Positions 8,940 to 20,000 of a stretch of 20,000 nucleotides of DNA are shown here, one piece after another. Position 1 is the stretch's first letter. Every line of letters starts with the position of its first letter. The stretch is from Atractiella rhizophila (lineage: Eukaryota): assembly GCA_021432655.1 (NCBI GenBank), contig MU271381.1, positions 57,758 through 77,757 of the forward strand, read 5' to 3'. The notes beneath the pieces are model-generated. The model was not told the origin of the DNA. It did not search any database and saw only the letters and a program-made list of their open reading frames with translations. Both the position numbers and the translations under genes were made by a program.

Positions 8940-11410
8940 TTACCTCTCCTTCCCTTTACCCTTTGCTCGCTTAGTTACCCCTTCCTCCTGCATCCTCAAC
9001 CAGTGCCCAAACCCTGCCGTTTTCAAAAAGGATTCGTAAAAAGTTTTTTCCACTCCAGCTGTCCCACCAAGCGTCCCAAAGCCACTCAGTCCCGCTACCC
9101 CAATCTTCGAAACACTTTTCTGTGTGCGGAATTGCAGGGGAGACGTCGACTTCTTGAGTTGAGCAAGCAAGGCGGATGAAGAAAAGGGGGCGGGTCGGAA
9201 GTTGTTGCTTTGCGTCGCGGAAGGGAGTAGTGTTTGGAAGTATCTGTTCAAAGGTGAGAGGAACTTGAGGGTGAGATCTTGGAAATGTCGAGCGATGATA
9301 GCATCCGCATGCTCGTCTAAATCAAGATCGAAACATCAGTTTTACCGTCGAAATCTGATTCAAGGCAAAACAAACAATCGCCCGTCGCCACCGCCAGCTT
9401 CCAAGCCTTTTCAATCTTTTCATCCTTTTTTACGACCCTAGTCCGCTTGCTAGTGAGCCCTCCTTTCGAATCATCAGCATCGTCAGGCGACGTTGGAGGA
9501 GAGCAGTCGAGGATGTGTGGCCATCGTTTACAGGAGGAGAGGATGAGCGGATTCGTGATACCAACTATAACTCCTGTACGCGGCTGAGGGGTGCAGACGC
9601 TCGAAAAATCGGTCGCATGTAGATGTAGGTAAGGCCGCCAGTCTCCTGCAGCTTCTAGTGGTCGTACGAGGCTCCTCAGATGCATCACCTAGATTTGTAG
9701 TGAGGTAGGTATAGAGGAAGAGACAGCACTGACAACATTACCACATGTCCTTGGATTGTTCGCATAAACGAGGATAGGCTCATTAAGAAGCACAAGTTCC
9801 CATAAAAGAAGCAGGCGTGAGAAGGTCAGGTGCAGTGTACGGGTAAATAGTGGTGTGAAGGGAGAAAAGGGGAGCGTCGCTATCAACTTTCCCCATGAGT
9901 TATTCGAGCACATCTAAAAACCTTGGACCCCCATACCAGTTTTGATGATGTTGATACTGATGCTGAGGGAAGGTGAAGCGAAGGCTGAGATTCTGATGGT
10001 ATCGAGATCGTTATCACCGATGAGAGAAAGGCGACCTCTTCATTCATGCCAGGTATCGGCGCAGGCCTACAGAGTACCTGCTTCAACTCTGATCCGTGGG
10101 AAGGAATGGCCTCTCACCACCGGGAAATGCTTGATGTGGCAGCTTCCAGCATTGCTGGACCGTGGGTTTGAAGTAAGGGACCCAAAAGAGAGACACAATA
10201 CGAGAATAGCGAAGGGAAAGAGTGCTGGGAAACGAGGACGATGGATCGTTGAATGAAACCTCTCATTTCTGATGAATCCTGAAGCGAACGAGTTTCATTG
10301 CAAGCATCGAGATAATAATGATACAACAACGTACCCTCTCCTGATAGAAGTAACAATACCCATACCAATACGATTCCCCATCTTCGGTCTGATCTTCTCG
10401 AGGAATTCGCCAACTGAATATCAACCCTTTTTCAAGTTCACTGCCAACTGAATCTGGGAAGCTGGAGAAGGCGATATTTGACAGTTCGCCTTTGCTGAAG
10501 CTTGTATACGGGTAAAGGTTATCAACGTCGGGACCCTATCGCACTAATATAAGTACGCATACTCTGCGATATCGTCATCTGCACACAGTTTTCTTCTCAG
10601 GTACCCGAACTAGTACAGCACTTCCTGCAGCTATGAAATGAAAAATAATGTTGGGAAAGACCTGATCTGCATCTGCTTCTGTGACAATCAAAATAATCGC
10701 AAGTTGCTCGTTATTAGCTCAGCATTGACAACCCTGATTCCTCTGCTCACAACTTCTACTCCACGTAGGTCGCATTTAATTTCGATTTGTCTGCAAAACA
10801 AGCGACTTAACACGTCACTCTGCTTTGTAGGAGGACATCCCTCAGAGCATTCAATTGTAAAGTCTGGCATTGACCAAGATCTGGAGAATTCCGATCACAT
10901 CACCCACTTTGCCCTTGATTATTCTGAGAAAGTTGCAGGAATGAAGCCAACAAGCGTCGTAGTCTACTGGCCACCCATTATTTACCTCTTGCTGCACAGA
11001 AGGCTACAAGGACATCCTCGCCGTTCTCCGTCCTGCCTTCTTCCAGCTGAAATACATACCTTATCAACATCGAAATTAACGACTGCCCAACATTTAGCCC
11101 ACCTCTCCCAGCCCTCCTTCACCCTGCTCTCCACCTCACCAATTGGGAACGGGACCGACCGTTTCAGGCTGGCCGTCCTTGGTCTCCCAGAAGCCTTCCG
11201 GGGGCTTTTGATCACAACGCTGCTTGCGCGCCTCCTCCGTTTTGGCAGTTCGTTAGAGGCAGCTGTTTTGGAGGCGAAAGTGGCATTGGATGGTGGAGGA
11301 GGACTGGTCGGAGCAGGGAAAGTAGATCGACGAACTGGCGGCGGGGAGGACAAGGAAAGGGTATGCATAGAACTGGAAAGTGGGAGGTCACCTAGGTCTC
11401 CTGAATCCAT
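8940..11410 (-). CDS. DENND6/FAM116-family DENN-domain protein (putative Rab GEF), ~561 aa
   Basis: Exons 11410-11060, 10535-10335, 10278-10118, 10066-9937, 9886-9734, 9688-9376, 9316-8940 (1686 nt, in frame). Motifs WAVVNFDVDKGPDVDNLYP, IAFSSFPDS, YGYCYFYQERDSSEMRGFIQRSIVLVS, LWELVLLNEPILVYA, AGDWRPYLHLH, HFQDLTLKFLSPLNRYF, FYESFLKTAGFGHWL. Confidence 0.9.
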
Positions 11411-11836
11411 CTGTGCCTTGTAGATAAAGCTGTTTACCAGCCCAGCCCAGCCCAGATCAGATTGAGGAATAATTCGTCGTTTTGTCGTTTAGATGTTTGC
11501 AGAAGGCTCACATTGATCACATCGCGCATTTCGGGACAGTGGCAGAACTGATCAACAACTACGTCAGGAGGAGATACAAATCATCAGTCAGCATTAGCTT
11601 GGGAGGTAAGGAAGGCATAAGGTATATAGATTGGCACTCAGACAGCGCGAACTGTGAGTCCACCTCCACACAAATTAATCGTGAGTTCCCTTCCTCATTA
11701 CCTATCCCAGGTCGATGTGCAAGCAAGGATGGCGACGCTGATCGGTACGATAATGGGTTAGCCACTCACAATCACTTCTACGAACCCTGAAGAGATACCA
11801 GGCGTGACCATCGGGATCAATAAGAAAGACGAGCAA

Positions 11837-13198
11837 ATGTCGATTGAAAAGGTTGTCCTCCTTTCTGGCACATCACATCCTTCTGAACATAGGTATGGAG
11901 GACAGGCACTGAGCAATAAAACCTTTGGAGGAACTCTCTCCAAATACATACTTTCTAAGTCTCCAGCCCTTGGAGGCTTGCCAGCAGTATTCAACCTGTT
12001 CCTCCCTGCCGAAGCCGAATCCCAAAAGGTACCTGCCATCATCTACCTCGCTGGTTTAACCTGCAATGAGGTTCGTCCTATATACCTCCCCCTCTTCTCT
12101 CCTATTCAGTGCCATTGGACTGAAGAATGGTGAAGGACACTGGCGCACATAAAGGTGGATTCATCCGCGATCTCGCCGCGAATGGGTTCGCTGGGATATT
12201 TCCAGATACGAGTCCGAGGAACGCGAATATCGAAGGAGAAGAAGATGGATGGGATTTCGGGACTGGAGCGGGGTTTTATTTGAATGCGAGCGTTGAGAAG
12301 TGGAAGAAAAATTACAATATGTCCGTCTTCGACTCTCCATTTCATCACGACGTAAGGAGCCTTTCGCGGCTAATCACGCGTCACTGGTTCTGCCATGATA
12401 CAGGAAGGAGTACGTCGTCGACGATCTGATTGGATGCCTTGTGAGAGAGGGAATAAATATCGACGAGACCAGAATCTCTCTGATGGGTCACAGCATGGTC
12501 CGTGTCTCTCCGTGACTTCCTCCCCACGCCGCCTATTCCTTCGCGCGACTGACAGCTTGCCTGGACAGGGAGGACACGGGGCTCTCACACTCTACCTTTC
12601 TAATCCATCCAAATTCAGAAGTGCGAGGTGCGTCACTCCTCTCAAAGACGACGGCAGATGTCTAAACCTGACCCTAGTGCCTTCGCCCCGATTGCGAATC
12701 CCTCCAATCCCCGTTGTAAATGGGGACAAAAAGCTTTTTCTGGATACCTGGAAGGTGGAGCAGAGGAGGGAAAGAAGTACGATGCGACCGAACTGCTGAG
12801 GGGGCTGGAGAAACAGGAGTTGAGGATTCTCGCTGACGTTGGACTAGCTGGTCTGTCTCTCTTCCGCTCCTTTCGCTTTGTATCAATGTTTCTAAATTGC
12901 ACTCCTTCTTTCTGACTGACTTGAATCCACTGTATAGATAACTTTTATAAGGACGATCAACTCTTGCCAGAGGAGTTTGTCAAAGTAGCGAAAGAGAAAG
13001 TATGTCAACTCTCCCTTTCCCTTTATCCCAGTCCCATCCGTACACAGACCTACATATCTGATTTTGTTGAATGTGAAGGGATACACAGATGATCAGATCA
13101 AAGTTAACTTCAGAGAGGGATATGACCATTCCTACTACTTCATCTCCACCTTCGCTCCTGACCATGTCAAGTTTCACGCCAAGTACCTCAAAGCCTGA
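11837..13198 (+). CDS. FGH1: S-formylglutathione hydrolase (esterase D family), ~290 aa
   Basis: Exons 11837-11851, 11906-12070, 12136-12320, 12404-12497, 12569-12627, 12678-12850, 12938-12999, 13079-13198 (873 nt). Motifs [30 protein letters not shown], nucleophile elbow [41 protein letters not shown]. Confidence 0.97.
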
Positions 13199-13710
13199 AT
13201 TCTCGTGCTTAGCAGGAGCGTCGAAGCCTGGATGTACGATGTAGAGGAAGTGTATGTAAATGCAAAATGGAGAAATTTGAATGTAAAGCCTGGTCTCTTC
13301 GCGCCGTCCTCTTCCCGGCCAGTAAGCTGCTCCCCAATCACTTGAACCTACCTGCACACTCCACACAGTAATTGTGTTCTTCTGCGGATGAAGTGACAAC
13401 GCCCCTCAAATAAAACATGTTGTGTCAGCTTACACACGCACTGGACCCATGCACGTGCTGACAATTCCTCCCTGTCCTTTTGCAGGAAACCATCGGGAGA
13501 GCTGAGTGATGCGGCTCCATGGGTTATATAAGACAACCAATCCCGAGGAAAACAGCGCGCTTCCCCTTATTCCGCTCTTGCACCTCCACGTTCAATAATC
13601 TCAACAGCTGTCAACCGTTCGGGACAGGGTATCGGCTGACACACCTTCATTACAATCTAAAGACTTGTCACCTGCCCTAAGATAGACTTTATAAAGCAAG
13701 CTGAGACAGG

Positions 13711-14647
13711 ATGTTCAGCTCCATCTTCAGATCCCAACAACATTTTTCAAAGCAGCTTTTCGTTAACTACCTCAGAGGCTACTCTAGCATGTCTTCCCAA
13801 GCTCCGTCCTCCAAGTCTGGGCTTACGCTCTACTCGTAAGCTTTTTTTGTCATGGCAAGATTATGGCTCATGGCGTGCAGCTGGCCGACGCCGAACGGTG
13901 TGAAACTTTCAATCGCTCTGGAAGAGCTGAAACAAGCTGGAGACATCCCAGGTCTGAAGTCCTTTCATCGTTTTAGAAAGCAGCAACTGACAGAATAAAT
14001 TCGTAGACTATGCCGTCGTCCCCATCAACATTGGAGCTTCTCCTGAACCTCAAAAACAACCCGACTTCCTCGCCATCAATCCCAACGGCCGCATCCCAGC
14101 TCTACACGACTCCAACAAAGACTTTAGCGTCTTCGAATCCGGCGCCATCCTCCTCTACCTCGCGGAACACTATTCTCCCTCTCACAAATTCGACTTCTCT
14201 GCTGGTTCACTCAAGGAGCAGTCCGAACTGCTGCAGTGGATCTTCTTCCAGGCGGGAGGCTTGGGACCCATGGCAGGACAGTTAGGGCATTTCAAGGGTG
14301 CCGCGACGAAGATTGGACAGGACAAGGCGGAATACGGGATCAACAGGTATGCGGCGGAAACAAAGAGGTTGCTTGAGGTCTATGAGAAGAGACTGGAGGG
14401 CAGAGATTACCTTGTAGGAGAGGGGAAGGGGAAGTACTCCTTCGCCGACATTATGACTATTGGTTGGGCGAGATTGGCACCTGGGTAAAGCAGTTACTCT
14501 TGCGTAGATGCGCAATGCTCACCCCTTTAAAACAGTGCCCTCACCGACCCCCACAAGGCAGAATTCCCTAACGTCAAAGCTTGGGTCGATAGAATTGAAG
14601 CGCGTCCAGCAGTGCAGGTCGGCCTCAAGACACCTCCCAGGGAATGA
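13711..14647 (+). CDS. Glutathione S-transferase, Ure2p-like/Nu class, copy 1 (235 aa from ATG 13789; 261 aa with upstream presequence)
   Basis: Exons 13711/13789-13835, 13881-13951, 14007-14484, 14536-14647. Motifs LYSWPTPNGVK, INPNGRIPAL, VFESGAILLYLA, QWIFFQAGGLGPMAGQ, GKYSFADI, FPNVKAWVDRIEARPAV. Confidence 0.96.
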
Positions 14648-15320
14648 CTAGGGAAAGAGTCGAAAATTTGATTCCAACATGTAATATAATATGATGCTTT
14701 GTAGGTTTTAAATCGAGACCTTGGAACTATGAAAGCGATAACTCGCGCTCCTCAATATTGTTCTGACAGCCGTTGCATTGGATCCCTGTATGAAGAGAGA
14801 GATAGATATCTGTAGTAGATGTGTCTGCCTCGAGCAAAAATGGTACCTCCATATTTGCTGCTGAATGGGTGGCTCCGTGACCAATAATCAGGTTTACTCG
14901 AATCGTAGTAAGCCTGCTCCGAAAACGACTCTCTGATAGGCTGATAGGCTGAATCCCTTGCTAGGCAGAGTCGAGGTGCGGCAAGCTTGAAATGTTGATT
15001 TGAATCTGCCAGTGGAGTTGAGCGGCTTCATACTACAAGACGGCGGCGATGGCTCCATTGTCCGACTTGCGGCGCTGGCAACAGAAATTTCCAGTAATTC
15101 ACGCCAGTTCATGCTGACACCAGGCCACAAGCATTCAGTAGCTCCAAAACCATACTTCCTTACATTGTGAGGTTCGTTCAAGGTTGGTTTGTCAGTGACA
15201 TTCATTCAAAATAGTCATCAACATGGATAGGCTATCAACTTTAACCAACCCACACCTTTTGACACAACCATCTATTGCCAGGACACTATAAAATGGACAC
15301 AGTCCTAGCCACAACTGCTC

Positions 15321-16254
15321 ATGACACTCATAAGAACAACCTCACGGAAGATCCACAGCTTTCTAAAGATGTCATTTGAGCTTCCTACATCGAAATCCGG
15401 CCTCATCCTCTACTCGTGTGTCCAACCGCGTTATACCCGAGAGACGTGCGATGCTGACGCTACTGAACGCAGATGGCCAACACCGAACGGTGTGAAAGCG
15501 TCGATTGCCCTGGAAGAACTCAAGCAAGCGGGAGACATTGCTGGTATGTCAATAACCATTCCTTCTGTTACCGACAAGGACTGAGGCTGAGAAAACGGTA
15601 AAGACTACGCCGTGGTACCCCTCAACATTGGCGCATCACCTGAACCTCAAAAGCAACCTACCTTCCTCTCAATCAATCCCAACGGACGCATCCCGGCTCT
15701 TCACGACGCGAACAACAACTTCAACGTCTTTGAATCCGGCGCCATCCTCCATTATCTCGCATCCTACCATTCCCCTTCCCACACGTTCGACTTTGCTCAA
15801 GGTACCGCTAAAGAACAGTCTGAAATGCTCCAGTGGATGTTCTTCCAAGTTGGCGGTCTGGGACCAATGCAAGGACAGTTGGAACACTTTAGAAGGGCCG
15901 CTACGAAGATTGGAGAAGAGAAAGCAGAATATGGGCTCAATAGATATGGAGCGGAAACTAAAAGGCTCCTTCAGGTGTACGAGAACAGGTTGCAGGGAAG
16001 GGAGTACCTCGTGGGTGAAGGAAAGGGTAAATACTCTTTTGCCGACATCATCACGTTTGGATGGGCAAGATTGGCACCTCAGTGCGTAGTCACTTCTCTC
16101 CCTTCTGTCCTACCACCGAATACCAAATTGACGCGTTGGAAATAGGATGCTCCCTGGAATTTTTGATGAACTCCCGAATGTGAAGGCATGGGTTGAAAGG
16201 ATAGAAGCACGACCTGCTGTTCAGGTCGGACTGAAGACGCCTCCTAGGAATTGA
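15321..16254 (+). CDS. Glutathione S-transferase, Ure2p-like/Nu class, tandem copy 2 (234 aa from ATG 15369; 250 aa from ATG 15321)
   Basis: Exons 15321/15369-15415, 15473-15543, 15604-16081, 16146-16254. Same TPNG, NGRIP and FESGAI motifs and same intron positions as copy 1. Confidence 0.96.
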
Positions 16255-16511
16255 AGAGAATAGGAAACGACTCACGTCTAAAACGGATGATGGAGACGGT
16301 GTAATAGTCAAGCCTGACATGTCCTGGAAGTAATTTGTTCGAACTTGAATCATCATACAGAGCATAATTTGAATGTAGACTTTCGCGAGTGTGTTGCTTC
16401 CAAGACCCAGTGAAATGTCGCATTGGTTCTCATACCAAATTTGGACAGAAGACGAAGTATACATTAGGTATGCAAAGGAGTACGTAGATAATACGTGTCA
16501 CACGCCAACCA

Positions 16512-17117
16512 TCAGAGCTTGCTCTGTGCATCTTTGAGCACCGTCTAGAAGGGAGGTATGAGTAACGAACGACTCTGGAGAGAAGAATAACTCACGTCAA
16601 GTTTGGTAGCCAACCTGTATTCCAAGCGACGATTAGAATGGACTGTGGCACGAAATAAAAGAATGGCGCACATGATGTTTCCCTTTACCTTCAGCTTGCC
16701 GCTCATGAATGCCTTCTGACCGTTTAGCTTGCCATCAGCCAAGTCTTGGACTGTCGCGCAGAACAGCAATGTCAGCATGCCATGAAATAAACTGAAACAA
16801 AAGCCTCACAAGTCTGATCTGCCACGTTGATGGTCACATCTGCTTTTGGCTTTGCCGGTCCTTTGTAGACCTTTCCTTCCTAAACACGGTAGCCATCTGA
16901 ACCTCCCTCCCTACACGTTCTAGAGTGTGCGCAAGCGTACCTTCTTGAGGTCGATGGTCCACACACCCTCCTTCGCGCCATTCTTGATCCTCATCTCAAA
17001 GATACCGTTCACCTTCTTCATACTTGACTTCTTCTCATTCTCGCTCATGCCCTCCAATCCCTTTTGGATGAGGTCGAAGATGTTGGAGGACTTGATTTCT
17101 TTGTCGGCGAGAGACAT
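16512..17117 (-). CDS. Stand-alone SCP2 sterol carrier/lipid transfer protein with PTS1, 125 aa
   Basis: Exons 17117-16941, 16879-16810, 16750-16672, 16614-16596, 16544-16512 (378 nt). WTIDLKKEGKVYKG, ADVTINVADQTFQDLADGKLNGQKAFMSGKLKVKGNIMLATKLD; C-terminus ...AQSKL is a peroxisomal PTS1. Confidence 0.96.
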
Positions 17118-17380
17118 AGCGAGGTCTTTCTAAGAGGTTCGTATGAGAGTGATAGAGGTTTGGTGTTTCTGAGAAGCTCCTGGAAGGGAAGAAGCTGCCT
17201 TTAAGGGATGTGCAGGTGACGTTGAATGTAGACGGCAAACAAGAGGCCGAGTTCCGTCCCCTGCGGCAAACAACTGATCCGGCGGGCACAAGATAGGACC
17301 GAACTTAGAATATGTTTTCCGGGAACCCAAACGCGTCGACAAGTTATGACAACCTCCAAATTTCTGTAATCTGCCCTGTC

Positions 17381-20000
17381 ATGGCCTCTACCAATCCCCT
17401 TACCAAGCAGTACACCCTGCAGAATCCAACCCACGACGCGAATCAGAAATCGCCATATTTTCAGTCATCCACTAATCCTGCCAAGCGGGTGAGAGCAACA
17501 GTTGGGAATGGGGGAGCAGGTAGTCATGATCAACAGGGTCCTAAATACTTTGAGGTGAGTTTATTTGCGCGAAGAGAGGGATGTGTGATGAAAACAACAT
17601 TTGTGGAGGTTCTGTATAGGATTCCTCAGAGTAGGAAACATAAAACTTGGGATGGGGATGGCATCCTCCTGCTCATGGGCAAGAAAGCGCAGCTCAGAAA
17701 TGAAGATGGGGCCAAGTACGCCGGCGTTTTGTCTAGAAGGTCGGGCTGTTGACTTTGTATTAGCATCGACAAAGGTGAGGTAATTGGGCGAGCTGACAAA
17801 GTGGGAGATTTGTTTCGTGTTGGCGCGTACGAAGTGGAGGTGCGTTTCATTCTTTCTCTGCGTCGGTTTCAATAACTGGTTCTGTGATGGTATCAAGATC
17901 TCAGACAGCGCTTCAGCATCTCAATTTTATCGTTCAATACCTCCACCTGCCTCATCTTCACATAGACCAGAACCCAGAAACACAAGCTACATCGCTCCAC
18001 ACATCATAACCGGAGGCTCGCGAACGGTGACTGCTCCGGCACTCCATCCCTCGCCCATGGCATTGCCTATGCCTCGTGCGCAGAAATCACATGTTCTCCT
18101 CCCTAAGCGCGCCAATTCGCCGAGCAAGGATGCACCTCCACCTTGCTCTATTTTGCCTCCCATAACCGTCGATCTGGATGAAGAAATTGGTGGAGGGAAG
18201 ATTTTGAGCGACGAGGGGTCGCCGGTAGGAAGATCCAAGTCTAATGAGAAGGAGAAGGGAAGAGGAGGAGGGTTGCATGTGGCGCAAAGGCAAGGTGCGG
18301 CAAAAGAGTTCCAGCCCGTCATTGGAGTAAAGCGGAAAGCGGAGGTGTTGGAGGAGAGAGGGAAGGAGGGAGAGTGGAAGTACTTTAATGTGATCCCTTT
18401 TTTCCTCCAGAGGTTTTGAGGCTGAAACCGGATTGTAGGTACAATACCGAAAACCACAACACAAGAAACATAAGACTTGGGACGCTGATGGGATACTTAT
18501 CGTCGACTTACGGGGGGATGCGACGCTGTACAAGTCTGAAAAGAAAGTGAAGTGTGTGCTCCTCCATCCGTGAAGTTGCAGACTAACGTAGGACAATAGG
18601 ATCGGTTCTGGGAACCTGTCCAATCATTTGCTCCGAGAAGACAAGGAGCTGTTCCTTTCTGGTTTCGAACTCAAGATAATCTCCTCCCTTCGCCCTTCCT
18701 CCTTCATCTCGGGCGACATCTACCTGTCGTATCATGAGCTGACCCTGACGAATAACTCGACCCGGTCAGCCTTGGACGCTCCAATCGCGTCTACCTTCTT
18801 TGGAGGTGGTGAACCAGCGGTTGCAACCACGAATGGTAATTCTTTCCGTGACCCAATGCCTGGAGGTTCCACAGCTTCGAGGCATGCGGGAGTGACGAAA
18901 AATAGTGCAAAACCACGGCACGACCCGTTGAGAGAAGGGGCTGTGGTGATGCGTCGTCCGGACGCCAGGTTTGCGGCGAACGAGAGCAGGAATCCCAAGG
19001 GATTGGAAGTGACAGACGTCGTCATCGATCCCATGATAGGGAATAAGTTGATGGATCATCAGAAGGAGGGAGTTCGCTTCTTATACGAGGTTCGCGTTCT
19101 CGTTTGATTACGCTCCAGTGTACTGATACAAGGCCAGTGTGTCAGCGGTTTGAGGGAGGAAGGCTACGAAGGGTGCATTTTAGCAGACGATATGGGGCTT
19201 GGAAAGACTGTACAAGCCATCACGCTGATTTGGACCCTACTTCGTGCGCCCCATTTTGATCGGCCCTGTGACAACTAACTTACACTTCACTAGGTCAATC
19301 GATGTTCTTTGGCGGTGGGCCCATGCTCAAGCGAGCACTGATTGTTTGTCCTAAAACTCTCACGAGGAACTGGGAGAAGGAGTTTCGGAAGTGGCTTGGA
19401 CGAGATAGAGTGCGCCTGTTGGTTGCAAACAAGAAGGAGGCGTTGGACAGCTTGGTCCTTTCTAGCGTCTACCAGGTCGTGATTATTAGTATGCCTTTTC
19501 TTCAGCCATTGGACCGCTTGTTAATATTGTGTGGAGGTTACGATATGTTGCGCATGAACATCGATAAACTCCAAAAGTGTCGACCTAAGATCGGTTTAAT
19601 GATCTGCGACGAAGGACACAAACTAAAAAGCGCTGAAGCTCAGATCACTGTTGCGTTAAAGAAACTGGACTGTCCTCGAAGGATCATCTTGACAGGGACG
19701 CCAATCCAAGTGCGTTTGCAGCTGTGTATGTTTCGTCCTCCTAACAAGTAAACCTCAGAACAATCTTTTGGAGCTGCATTCATTGGTACGTCCATCTTGA
19801 CGCATTATGACGCTCCTTAACACTGATATTCCTTAGATGGGCTTTGTGAATCCGAACCTATTGGGACAGTATGCTGAGTTCAAAAAACACTTTGAAATCC
19901 CTATCACCAGAGCCGATAACGACAACTGTTCCGCTGCCAATCGGGAGTTAGCCCAAGATAGGAAAGAACAGCTAAAGGAGCTCATCGATCCTTTCATGCT
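17381..20000 (+). CDS. RDH54: Rdh54/Rad54B SNF2-family DNA translocase, 5' part (continues past the window)
   Basis: Introns 17555-17608, 17716-17763, 17840-17897, 18390-18438, 18552-18599, 19090-19137, 19244-19293, 19489-19536, 19710-19758, 19786-19836. N-terminal KHKTWDGDG motif, VVIDP..HQKEGVRFLYECV, GCILADDMGLGKT (Walker A), NWEKEFRKWLG, ICDEGHKLK (Walker B), ILTGTPIQNNL. Confidence 0.95.

Noticed and set aside
14894..15205. 103-aa minus-strand ORF between the GST copies
   Set aside because: No recognisable domain or intron structure; length compatible with chance.

Overview
Intron-rich, gene-dense fungal genomic DNA, probably basidiomycete (inferred from ~45-65 nt introns, CTRAY branch points and relaxed splice sites). 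I spliced eight protein genes by hand: 3' end of a class I (Hos1/HDAC8-like) histone deacetylase; a divergent Ric8-like Galpha GEF/chaperone, probably with a long disordered N-terminus joined across a 1.3-kb intron; a DENND6-family protein (- strand, 524-nt intron); S-formylglutathione hydrolase; two tandem Ure2p/Nu-class GSTs; a peroxisomal SCP2 protein (- strand); and the 5' part of RDH54/RAD54B with a duplicated N-terminal module. The most interesting region is the ORF-poor gap at ~7750-8900. It reads as a spliced non-coding host gene whose long introns carry a snR190-like snoRNA, an enlarged U14 snoRNA, and a third candidate C/D-like RNA that can pair around the 18S helix-34 ac4C site (snR4-like). 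All rRNA and snoRNA comparisons use conserved sequences recalled from memory, not database searches.
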